Shown: piece after piece, positions 8,691 through 17,689 of the stretch
Numbering within the stretch: position 1 is the first letter of the stretch
How the letters are laid out: every line of letters starts with the position of its first letter
DNA from: Candidatus Latescibacterota bacterium
GTDB lineage: Bacteria; Latescibacterota; UBA2968; UBA8231
Direction of reading: 5' to 3'
DNA length: 64,000 nt
Assembly: GCA_965197905.1 (NCBI GenBank)
Contig: CBDAOB010000002.1
Coordinates: forward strand, 256,001-320,000
Notes under the pieces: generated by a model
What the model saw: only the letters and a program-made list of their open reading frames with translations
The model's database searches: none
What the model was told of the DNA's origin: nothing
Position numbers and translations under genes: made by a program

Positions 8691-11663
8691 TCAAATCGGT
8701 CGTCCGAATTCCGTAAATCCTACGAGCACCCTCACGAAGAACGTTTGCGCGTGGATGTCGCGGTCGTCTCGAAATGTTGAGTCGTACTTGATTCTGTCGG
8801 AGTTCAGCCCGACAAAGGTCACGAGGTCGTAGCCAAAATAACGCGAGCTGTTGGTGAGAGAAACGAAAGCGGTGCGCTGCTCAAAGCTGTTGCGTTTTGA
8901 GGTGTCGTCCCGGCGCCGATAGGGAATGGGTCCTATGCCTTGAAATCCGATGCGCAGGTGTGTCCTGGTGAGGAGCGGATATTCAACGCGTAGAATCGGG
9001 ATAGAGCGCAGCTCCGACTGCAGCCGCACATCGCGCTCCCGATCCACCTGACGCAACAGCATGAGCTTGTACTGGGGGGTAACCTCCAACTGGCCCCAAT
9101 GCCAGACGTACTGGATGCGACTGGCCGAGGTCCAGAAATCGACCCGGCGCTGGCGCTGGAAGATGCCGTTTTGCTTGCCGCCTTGCTGCCAGTTGAACCG
9201 TCCGCGCAGCTTCTGCACGATCTCCAGGGATGACCACGGCAAAACGCGGCCTTGCAGGTAGGTGTCGCTGACGATGCTGTCGCGGTAGAACAGTTGATCG
9301 GGCAGGAACTCCACTACCATGTGCACCGGCAGGCCAAAGCCCTGGAGGACGGGCCGGCTGTAGGCAATGCCGCGGCCGCCAAAGCGGACATCGCGCTGTC
9401 CGGCGTCATCGTCGAACACCATGATCTCATCGGCGATGTCGTCTTGCACCTGGCGCACATTGCTCTCGAAAAACAGGTTTCTGAGCCTTCCCCTGCCCTG
9501 GCGCCGATAACTCAACAGAGCATAGGTTGAGCGGTTGTGCCCGCTGCCGGCAATTTCCTCGATGTCGTAACGGCCGGCGGCGGCGGACCAGTGTGGCGTC
9601 AGATGCCACTGCCCGAACAGGTGGTAGCCGCCCTCGTCGTGCTCGTAGGGGTAGTCCACTTCGGCGTCGTCCTCGCGCTGGTCCGGATCGTCATTGTTGT
9701 TGCGGTCCAAACCATACACGTAACTATTGGGCTCCACATCGAACATTAAAAACGGCTCCTCGTAGTCGGGCAGCCGGTTCAGATTGCGATTAGTATCCGG
9801 GGCGCCATCGTTGTCCGCGTCCTGATTCACAAAGACCCCGTCGAGGTCGGTGCCTACGCGATCGGGTGGTATGCCCACGGCGTTGCCGTATTTGATGTCC
9901 GGGTAGCGATCGCCGTCGTCGTTGTCATCCACCGTCTTCCAGTACATGGTGCTGTTGAGCACCATGTCGAGATGGCCCATCCACAAGCTGGATTCACTAT
10001 GCAGAAAAGAGCGCATCTCGGTCTGGAAATCGGGATTGATGGAAAACAGCTCGGCGCCGAGCCTTCCGCGGCCAAAGCGTCGGACGACGTTGAGGAAGTA
10101 AGCCCCCCCGCGATCGGCAAAACGGGGTGCATCGTCGAACGCCGCCTCTCCGCCGACGCGCGCGGGATAGCGCGAATAGACGCTCGAACGGGCGTACTCG
10201 GCGGAAATCTCCAGACTCTTCAGCTCCAGAAGGACGTCGGCACTGTAGACAAAATTGCCGGTGTGTTCCCCCACGTTGAATCGCACCCGGCGCAGATTCG
10301 TGAGATCCCGAACATTGCCCCTGGCACGCCGCACCGTCTGGTAATAGGTGCCCGAGAAGCGGTCGGCGTAGAAGTTGGCAGTTTCGGACTTGGTGTACAA
10401 CGTTGCCACGTCCACCAGGTAGTCGTTCCCCAACAAAGCCTCCACAGCCACTGATTGGACGTCAGGTTCGCGGGAAACGTCGAATAGAAATACGATCTGC
10501 GTCTCGCCATCTGCCTGCAGCATGCTCTGCGGTGACTCCACCGTATAGAGAGTCTCGAGGCCGGGAATATTGGCCTGTTTCCCGACATCGACGCCGGCCT
10601 CGTGATCCAACCGCGCCAGGTAGTCCGCAAACCGCGGGAAATCACGATCGCGGTAGTAGAACTCGTTGAAGGCCGGGGTGCTGGCCTCGGAGGCGGTGAA
10701 TAGGTCGTAGGCCAGCGGGGTGAAGGCCCCCGTGACCGCCGAGACGAATCCCACCTGAATCGGCGGCTTGCCCAGATGGCTGATCACCTGGGGCACGAGG
10801 TCGGGCCGCGCCTGGTCATTGATCACCAGCTGAAGATCCTGCACCGCCGCGCCGCCAACGCCATCACCGGGCGACTCGTCTCTGAAGCGCACGATGATCC
10901 AGTCCATCGTGGGTTGATCCGGCTTCAGTCTTCCCTTAAGACTATTTCCGGTGGTCCTCGTGCTCTGGTAAACGTGTTGATTTACCCAGTTCAAGCCCAG
11001 GTGCAACCCACCGAAGTCCGCCTGGGCGCGCGTACCCATGAGCATGGTAGAATCATCCGAAAAGTGGTCCCGCGGCTGAAATGGCTCTGTGATGTACCTG
11101 CCGGTGACGGCGTCCTTGGGCCGCTCCTGTCGCGAGGCGACACCGGTGAATTTCAGATGGGTCGTCGACAGGTCGAACCGCATGCCGTTGAAATTCACCT
11201 TCGACAGGGTCAGTGGCGTGAAGCGCGCTTGCATCGCGTCGCCGACAATCAGGTGATAGCCCCAGCTGCCGTGGCCGTCGCGTGCGGCTACCACATTGTC
11301 GAACGCGTTGGGCCACGAACCACCGGAGGCATCTGCACCAGAATCCTTGAAAATGGAGCTGCCAAACTTTCGCCCCTCGGTGCGGACTTCGTTCCAGCCA
11401 TACAGATCATAGCCGGTAACGAGATGGTTGCCGAGGGGGTCGAATTGGGCTTTGGGGTTGTCCCAATATGGGAAGGTGTGGTTGAGGTAATTCTCGTAGT
11501 GCTCTAGAGCATAGTTGGCGTACGAGGTCCGCTGCAGGCGCAAGTACGGCCGCGGTTGATCCACCTCTTGGAGCGGAAGATCACTGCCATTCGCCGCACT
11601 ACCCCCAATGACCAGCGCCAACAGGACGGTCCGATGCGTCCGCCACAGCTGCTCTGTTATCAT
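8691..11663 (-). CDS. Large exported protein of unknown function, paralogue 2 (probable outer-membrane beta-barrel with Asp-rich Ca-binding-like region)
   Basis: 994-aa ORF. Start placed at 11663 (MITEQLW) by alignment to paralogue 1 (MKTEQLW); the track start is 11675. Signal-like N-terminus, amphipathic aromatic strands, DDNDDGDRYPD/DADNDGAPD motifs, ends VGFTEFGRPI. Confidence 0.88.
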   Translation of the reverse strand: MITEQLWRTHRTVLLALVIGGSAANGSDLPLQEVDQPRPYLRLQRTSYANYALEHYENYLNHTFPYWDNPKAQFDPLGNHLVTGYDLYGWNEVRTEGRKFGSSIFKDSGADASGGSWPNAFDNVVAARDGHGSWGYHLIVGDAMQARFTPLTLSKVNFNGMRFDLSTTHLKFTGVASRQERPKDAVTGRYITEPFQPRDHFSDDSTMLMGTRAQADFGGLHLGLNWVNQHVYQSTRTTGNSLKGRLKPDQPTMDWIIVRFRDESPGDGVGGAAVQDLQLVINDQARPDLVPQVISHLGKPPIQVGFVSAVTGAFTPLAYDLFTASEASTPAFNEFYYRDRDFPRFADYLARLDHEAGVDVGKQANIPGLETLYTVESPQSMLQADGETQIVFLFDVSREPDVQSVAVEALLGNDYLVDVATLYTKSETANFYADRFSGTYYQTVRRARGNVRDLTNLRRVRFNVGEHTGNFVYSADVLLELKSLEISAEYARSSVYSRYPARVGGEAAFDDAPRFADRGGAYFLNVVRRFGRGRLGAELFSINPDFQTEMRSFLHSESSLWMGHLDMVLNSTMYWKTVDDNDDGDRYPDIKYGNAVGIPPDRVGTDLDGVFVNQDADNDGAPDTNRNLNRLPDYEEPFLMFDVEPNSYVYGLDRNNNDDPDQREDDAEVDYPYEHDEGGYHLFGQWHLTPHWSAAAGRYDIEEIAGSGHNRSTYALLSYRRQGRGRLRNLFFESNVRQVQDDIADEIMVFDDDAGQRDVRFGGRGIAYSRPVLQGFGLPVHMVVEFLPDQLFYRDSIVSDTYLQGRVLPWSSLEIVQKLRGRFNWQQGGKQNGIFQRQRRVDFWTSASRIQYVWHWGQLEVTPQYKLMLLRQVDRERDVRLQSELRSIPILRVEYPLLTRTHLRIGFQGIGPIPYRRRDDTSKRNSFEQRTAFVSLTNSSRYFGYDLVTFVGLNSDRIKYDSTFRDDRDIHAQTFFVRVLVGFTEFGRPI

Positions 11664-11903
11664 AGTTCGGACCATGGATCGTCTTTCCTAATTCGCTACT
11701 CGATTTTGAGGTGACTGACTGTGGCCTAGAAGACCATTCTTGTGCGTCACGCGAGCATCTCCGGCCTCAACAATAACGAAAGCGACTCGCGCGAGACAAG
11801 CAAATAACGTCTGATACCCGTTGTATTGGGCTGTAATTTTCCTACGTTGGAACCGAATCAACATCCTGTCGTGACGTCCCATCCTAATCAGAGAGGATTG
11901 GTA

Positions 11904-12479
11904 ATGAGATTCACCAGTTTGGTTCTTTTTTTAGCCGTCGCGGTATTGGGCATCGGGGATGTTGCCAGGGGACAGGAATGGGTGCCGTATGTAGGCGAAA
12001 TGCCGGCAAATGCCTTCATGCCTACCCGTGACAATCCCAGCGCGGGCGCGATCTGTCGAATGACGGGACCATCCGACGTTTCGCAGAAGCATTTACTCGG
12101 TTCAGTCCACGAAAAAGAGGGCGAATTAGTCTGCCGTGGCGTCACGTATCCTACTGGCAAATACACTCTGGAAAGCGGCAGCAGAATTATCGCCGATCCA
12201 CAATTTGACGTGCTTGTCGTGGATCTACTAGCAGCGGTGCAGCGGGGACCGGCAGGCATGGCGCCTGAGACGAAGGTAGATGCGGCAGGCGAATGTCCGT
12301 GGGAGACCCATTACGCGGGGCATTTGTTTTGTGAGGGGTCGGTCCAGTGGGAGAATCTCAAACCTAAAGTGGGTGTTGAGGAAATCTGGCAAGGCCTATT
12401 GTGTGTTCGGGCGTTGCAAGACTGCGGGGAAAGAGGGGGAAACGGCAGCGTGGTCTGTCGGAGATGGGATGAAGAGTGA
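11904..12479 (+). CDS. Secreted protein with a DM9/DUF3421-like repeat and Cys-rich C-terminal part
   Basis: GAGAGGA RBS before ATG 11904; signal peptide MRFTSLVLFLAVAVLGIGDVARG; pattern EWVPYVGEMPANA...AICR...LLGSV...C...FDVLV resembles a DM9 unit. Confidence 0.6.
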   Translation: MRFTSLVLFLAVAVLGIGDVARGQEWVPYVGEMPANAFMPTRDNPSAGAICRMTGPSDVSQKHLLGSVHEKEGELVCRGVTYPTGKYTLESGSRIIADPQFDVLVVDLLAAVQRGPAGMAPETKVDAAGECPWETHYAGHLFCEGSVQWENLKPKVGVEEIWQGLLCVRALQDCGERGGNGSVVCRRWDEE

Positions 12480-12550
12480 GCGAGAAGGAGGCGAAACTCG
12501 ACCCCCAGGCGCTTTCGGACTTTCGGGTCACAAGAAATCGCGGAGTCCTC

Positions 12551-14401
12551 TCACATCCGACTCTGCGCTCCGGAGATTTCGCCTTCGATGACCGTCACCG
12601 TCTGATCGGCGCGCACATCGAGCATCAGATCAGCGGTGCCACCGGGCCAGCCAATCTCCAGACTGTCCACCTGTGTAGCCGTTCCGAGGCCGAAGAGCTC
12701 CTCGCCTAGCGCGTGCTGTGAATAATAGGAGGAGGTGGCTCCCACCTCGCGGTGGAATTCCCGCTCGCCCACCACCGCGCGCAACCTGACATTCAGACCA
12801 TCCCGATTACTGTCGCGCCCCTGCAGGCGTACCTTGAGCCAGTGGTTGCGTGGCGGAGCGTCGTTGCGCAGCAATTGAGCCATGCCGCCATTGACCACAA
12901 CTAAAGCGTCGGCGTCACCATCGTTATCGTAGTCCCCTACAGCCAGGCCGCGTCCTACCTCTTTTCTTTTGAAAACCTCCCCGCTGCCCAACCCCACCTC
13001 GAAGAAACCTTCGCGTTGTCCTTTGTTCCAAAACAGCAGATTGCGCATGGGGATCAGTAGAGTCGGATCGTCGCTCCGCTGCATGGTGCTGCCATTGACC
13101 ACCAGAATGTCCTGCTTGCCGTCGTTGTCATAATCGAGAAATGCCGTCCCCCAGCCAATGTAGTTGCCGGATATCTGGCCCAGACCTATCTGGTCACCGA
13201 TCTCCATGAAGCGCAGCCTCCCGCCCTGCGTGTTCATGCCTGCTTCAGCGTACTCCTGCGTCATATTGTTGTAGAACGAGTTCTCCTGGGCGACCCAATT
13301 GGTGACGAGGAGATCCTGGTCGCCGTCGGCATCCCAGTCGGCTACGGCCAGACCCATGCCGCCGCGGTAGTCGGCGACCCAGGCGCTGTGGCTGATATCG
13401 GCGAAACTTCCGTTGGCCTGGTTGAGAAAAAGGGCGTTCTCGGACACGTCGTTGGCGACGTAAAGGTCGATCCAACCGTCGTTGTCAAAGTCGCACCAGG
13501 AAGCGGAGAGGCTGCGGCCGGTACTGTTGGCTACGCCGGCCTCGCCGCCGCGCTCGGTGAATTTCACGCCGTCGTTGCGGTAGAGAAGATTCTGCTCCGG
13601 GCTGTAGGTGGCGGGATTCAGGGAGGCGCGAATCAGGGCACCGTACTGCTTCGTTTCGGCCTGCACGTGAGCCGGATCGAAGTGGTATTTGACGTAGCCG
13701 GCCACGTAGAGGTCGAGATCGCCGTCGCGATCGTAGTCGCCCCACGAGGCTCCGGCCCAGAAGCCCTGTTTCGCTCCGATTCCAGCAGTTGCGGTGATGT
13801 CGGCAAACGTTCCATCGCCGCGACTGCGGTAGAGCAAGTTCTCGCCATAGTTGGTCACGACCAGATCGACAAAACCATCGTTGTCGTAGTCACCCCAGGC
13901 GGCAGCCTGACCGTAGCCCCGATAGTCGACACCGGCGGCTTCCGCCACTTCTACAAAGCCACCTGATCCTTCGTTGTGGTAGAGGGAATTGTGGGCTGGT
14001 GACATCGCCAGCTCCGCCGCGTCCATGGTCAGAGGGCCCGCCATGTTGACGGTGTAGAGGTCCAGGAGGCCATCGTTGTCATAGTCAGCCCACGCAGCGC
14101 CGGAGCCCATATCTTCGGGCAGCTGCATAGAGCGCGTGCCGTGGAAGTGCTGGAAATCGATACCCGCTTCCCGTGCCACTTCAACGAACTCGATCCTCGG
14201 ATAGTCCGGGGGAAGCGACCGATCGTCGGTGAGCGCTTCGATTTTTTCGCCGGGGCTGTACGGTTTGGGAGCTGGTTGGTCAGAGCGGTTGAGCAGCAGC
14301 ATCGCCGCTACCGCCAGAAGTGCGCCCACGCTGACTGCAACCGTGAGCACCACCAATCGCTGGCGACGCGACCGCGTTCCGGGCATGTCCGTATTCGTCA
14401 T
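12551..14401 (-). CDS. CRTAC1-family (FG-GAP plus ASPIC/UnbV) membrane-anchored protein
   Basis: N-terminal TM helix; EDMGSGAAWADYDNDG; GRGLAVGDYDNDGDAD; SYYSQH...FGLG tail. Confidence 0.88.
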   Translation of the reverse strand: MTNTDMPGTRSRRQRLVVLTVAVSVGALLAVAAMLLLNRSDQPAPKPYSPGEKIEALTDDRSLPPDYPRIEFVEVAREAGIDFQHFHGTRSMQLPEDMGSGAAWADYDNDGLLDLYTVNMAGPLTMDAAELAMSPAHNSLYHNEGSGGFVEVAEAAGVDYRGYGQAAAWGDYDNDGFVDLVVTNYGENLLYRSRGDGTFADITATAGIGAKQGFWAGASWGDYDRDGDLDLYVAGYVKYHFDPAHVQAETKQYGALIRASLNPATYSPEQNLLYRNDGVKFTERGGEAGVANSTGRSLSASWCDFDNDGWIDLYVANDVSENALFLNQANGSFADISHSAWVADYRGGMGLAVADWDADGDQDLLVTNWVAQENSFYNNMTQEYAEAGMNTQGGRLRFMEIGDQIGLGQISGNYIGWGTAFLDYDNDGKQDILVVNGSTMQRSDDPTLLIPMRNLLFWNKGQREGFFEVGLGSGEVFKRKEVGRGLAVGDYDNDGDADALVVVNGGMAQLLRNDAPPRNHWLKVRLQGRDSNRDGLNVRLRAVVGEREFHREVGATSSYYSQHALGEELFGLGTATQVDSLEIGWPGGTADLMLDVRADQTVTVIEGEISGAQSRM

Positions 14402-14598
14402 ATCACATCGGTCGACTCAGAGCGGGCGTCCGAACTCGGTGGAACAAATACGTAAGTGCCTGATTTAAAGCAATAGGGAAGCCGATGCGCGGCCACGTTG
14501 ACCTGCGACCCCTACACGCGTATGATGACGAACGGTGAGTTCGTAAGCGAGCCCCGCGGTATTGGTACCTGAAGAATCTTCGCAGGAGGAGCTCGACG

Positions 14599-16101
14599 AT
14601 GGCGCCACCAAACCTTCTTTTCATATACACCGACCAGCAAAGGTCAGACTCGCTCGCTGCCTACGGCAACGACCTGATCCAGATGCCGAACCTGAACAGG
14701 CTGGCCGAGGAGAGCGTCGTTTTCGAGCAAACCTATGTCGCCCAGCCAGTGTGCCAGCCTTCGCGCGCGACCATACAGACGGGTCTCTATCCCCATACGG
14801 CGGGCGTCACCACCGGCCACATCTACGATACCCTCAAAACAGAGACTCCCTGCCTGCCCGAGATGGTGGATAGTGATTACTACATCTGCGGTCACTACGG
14901 CAAATGGCACCTGGGTGACGATGTCTGGGCCCAGCACGGGTTTGACGATTGGATCAGTATCGAGGATATGCAACATCGCCCGGTCTATACTGAGGGCCGG
15001 GATTCGTTTCAGCACTGCAGCTATCACGATTTCGCGGTGGGCCAGGGTTATGAGCCGGACCAGGTAGCAGATGATGGGTTCCGGGCGTTCAGCTCCGGGT
15101 TTTGCGCGCGGCTGCCCGAGGAGTTCGGCAAACCGGCGTATCTTGCGCGCGAGGCATCGCGCTTTATCCGCGAGAACAAAGCTCGGCCCTTCGTCCTGTA
15201 TGTGAGCATCTTCGAGCCCCACCAACCGTATTTTGGACCCCGCGACGATCAGTACGACCCTGCGCAGATCGCCTTGCCCCCCAACTTCGCGAACCCACCG
15301 GGAGAGGATCAGGCACTCAAGGCTCGCGTCCTCTACCACTATTACAATGAGTGCGGATTCGGCGAGCGCGGATACAGCAACTCCGGCCTCAGTACGGAGC
15401 AGGACTGGCGGGGGTTGATCGCCAGGTATTGGGGGTTATGCAGTCTGGTGGACACCCATGTAGGCACGATCCTGGACACGTTGGATCAGTGCGGTTTGGC
15501 CGACGACACCATCGTCGTCTTCACCTCCGATCACGGCGACTTGATGGGTAGCCACCGGCTGCGTGGCAAAGGACTCATGTTCGAGGAGTCGGTGCGGGTG
15601 CCGTTGCTGATCCGTGTGCCCGGAGAAACCAGCAAGCACGTCAAAGGACCGGTAGGTCACGTGGATCTCATGCCCACGCTGCTGGATATGTTGGATCAGC
15701 AAATCCCCGATCATCTCCCGGGAAAGAGCTTGCTCCCCCTCATCCGGCAGGGCGGTATCCCGTCTGCCGACCGGGACGTGTTCATTGAGTGGCAGGGTCC
15801 GCAGCCGCCAGAAGATTTTGTTCCCAAAGCCATGAAGGGAATCGTTTCCGAGGAGGAGATCCGGGCAAGTACCCTCGACCAGGTGCGGACTATCGTGACG
15901 CCGGATGGCTGGAAGTTCACCTGCAGCCCGCTGGGGGAGCACGAACTCTACAATCTCGTGCAAGACCCTATCGAAACTCGAAACCTGGCGCGAAATTCAA
16001 CCTACCGCTCTCTCATCCGAGATCTCACCGCGCGCATACAGCGCTGGCAGGAGGAAACGGGCGACACCGTAGACCTGTCGTCGGCGAGCTACCTGAACTG
16101 A
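14599..16101 (+). CDS. Formylglycine-dependent (Cys-type) sulfatase, cytoplasmic
   Basis: PNLLFIYTDQQR, CQPSRATIQTG (CxPxR), GKWHLG, FTSDHGD; AGGAGGAG RBS. Confidence 0.92.
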   Translation: MAPPNLLFIYTDQQRSDSLAAYGNDLIQMPNLNRLAEESVVFEQTYVAQPVCQPSRATIQTGLYPHTAGVTTGHIYDTLKTETPCLPEMVDSDYYICGHYGKWHLGDDVWAQHGFDDWISIEDMQHRPVYTEGRDSFQHCSYHDFAVGQGYEPDQVADDGFRAFSSGFCARLPEEFGKPAYLAREASRFIRENKARPFVLYVSIFEPHQPYFGPRDDQYDPAQIALPPNFANPPGEDQALKARVLYHYYNECGFGERGYSNSGLSTEQDWRGLIARYWGLCSLVDTHVGTILDTLDQCGLADDTIVVFTSDHGDLMGSHRLRGKGLMFEESVRVPLLIRVPGETSKHVKGPVGHVDLMPTLLDMLDQQIPDHLPGKSLLPLIRQGGIPSADRDVFIEWQGPQPPEDFVPKAMKGIVSEEEIRASTLDQVRTIVTPDGWKFTCSPLGEHELYNLVQDPIETRNLARNSTYRSLIRDLTARIQRWQEETGDTVDLSSASYLN

Positions 16102-17609
16102 AACGAGTAGAGCTTGGCATTCTTGAGGTAGAAGCGCAGCTTGATCGGCTTGCCGGCCAGCGCACTCAAATCGGAATTGCCCTTCCACGATACGACCTGG
16201 TCGAGGCTAGACTCCGTCATCGGGTCGGCGTCGTCGAAGGTGAATCCCGCCAGCTTCTTGTAGTTTGGCCGCAGGATCTCAACCCGCACCTCTCCCGGTC
16301 CGGGCCCGGCGGCGAGTGGGGCCATGCTCGCATTCAGGTGCAGATGCGACCCCGAGAATCCGAAGGGCCGCGTCACCATCTGGCCGAACGATTCGGGTTC
16401 GTCGAAGAGGACCCGTTCGCCGAACGTCTTCTCCAGCTCGTCATCGGACCGATCGGCGACGATCCAGCCTTTGCCGCTGTCCAATGAAACGAAACCGTCG
16501 ATGCGCGACGTGGCCAGACCGATGCCTTCCCTGGACTTGTCGCCCAGCTCGAAGGCGACTTCGGGCGAGCGCATGTTGGCGCCGAGGTAATAGGTCAAAA
16601 TGCGGTCCCCGTGAACGAGCATATCCATTGGGTACAAGCTGCTCGAGTCGAAGTCTGCCAGCGCGCCGCCGCGCGGGATGAACGGCTCCCGGTAGTTCCG
16701 TGGGTAGCGAAATCCGTCGCGGCTGAACACGACTTCCGGATGATGGGTGACATTCGTGGTGTGAAAGATGAACAACTGGGCGACGTAGATCCCTTCGTAA
16801 GGAAACGTCGGCATGCTGTAGAATTCGGTGTCTGGGGCATCATCGGCATCCGGCACGATAACGATCTCGGGCTCGCTCCAATGGATCATGTCCGGGCTTT
16901 CCGCCCTGCCGACAAGGCGCTTGCCGTAGGGACCGCGCCAGTGGTGGCTGGCCTCCATCGTCGCGAAGTAGGTCTCTCGGATCGGGTCCCACTCGTGGAA
17001 CCTGCCCGACCACCGGCCCAGCTCCTTCCCGGTATCGATGACGGGATTGCCCTCGAACGGGGTCCACTCGAGGGCGTCAGGAGAATAGAAGAGGTTATAC
17101 TGCATGCCCCGTGTCGCCGTACCTCCGGTCATGCACATCGCTTTGTAGAGTTTTGCCGGGTCCTTCTCGTGGAGATCCTGAAAAGCCGGTACCGTGGGCA
17201 GGTTTTCCCTCTCCGGAAGAATGTTGTTATCCGTCGACCCCTCGAACTCCACCAGGCCCAGCGACGGCCGATCCCAATTCACCCCGTCTCGCGACGTCGC
17301 CAGGCAGGTAGCCTCGCCCGTCGAGTCCCATAGATATCCGTCGAAACCACCGCGAACAGGCTTGCCATCCTCAACGAGCACGTATCGAGTCTCCGTCGAG
17401 TACCACATCTTGAACAGTTGATCGTGCGGGTCGAAAATCACCTTCAACGGCCGCAGGCAGTTTCCCTCCCACAGCCGTTCCGGTCGCATGACGGGATTGT
17501 CATCCGCCTTGATCGCCGGGTTCATGCACTGTTTGAGCCGAATCAGGCTCTCGATCAGGTAATCGTCGAAGAGGAGTTGCTTGTTGGATCCTATCTCTAT
17601 CGCCGGCAT
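16089..17609 (-). CDS. GH32/GH43-like five-bladed propeller plus C-terminal beta-sandwich protein, function unknown
   Basis: QLLFDDYLIE, SRDGVNWDRPSLGLVEFEGSTDNNI, RIDGFVSL, IKLRFYLKNAKLYSFQF; paralogous to 20054 and 24056. Confidence 0.75.
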   Translation of the reverse strand: MPAIEIGSNKQLLFDDYLIESLIRLKQCMNPAIKADDNPVMRPERLWEGNCLRPLKVIFDPHDQLFKMWYSTETRYVLVEDGKPVRGGFDGYLWDSTGEATCLATSRDGVNWDRPSLGLVEFEGSTDNNILPERENLPTVPAFQDLHEKDPAKLYKAMCMTGGTATRGMQYNLFYSPDALEWTPFEGNPVIDTGKELGRWSGRFHEWDPIRETYFATMEASHHWRGPYGKRLVGRAESPDMIHWSEPEIVIVPDADDAPDTEFYSMPTFPYEGIYVAQLFIFHTTNVTHHPEVVFSRDGFRYPRNYREPFIPRGGALADFDSSSLYPMDMLVHGDRILTYYLGANMRSPEVAFELGDKSREGIGLATSRIDGFVSLDSGKGWIVADRSDDELEKTFGERVLFDEPESFGQMVTRPFGFSGSHLHLNASMAPLAAGPGPGEVRVEILRPNYKKLAGFTFDDADPMTESSLDQVVSWKGNSDLSALAGKPIKLRFYLKNAKLYSFQFR

Positions 17610-17689
17610 TGGTGATGATCTCCTGTTCGTTGCCTTCTGGTTACTCCCAGCCGGTCACGGAGCCGGCATGATCGACAGTGCGACGACTC

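Noticed and set aside
500..10860. Near-identical repeat pair as a diversity-generating retroelement TR/VR
   Set aside because: Both copies lie within full coding paralogues, mismatches are not adenine-specific by eye, and no reverse transcriptase is present.
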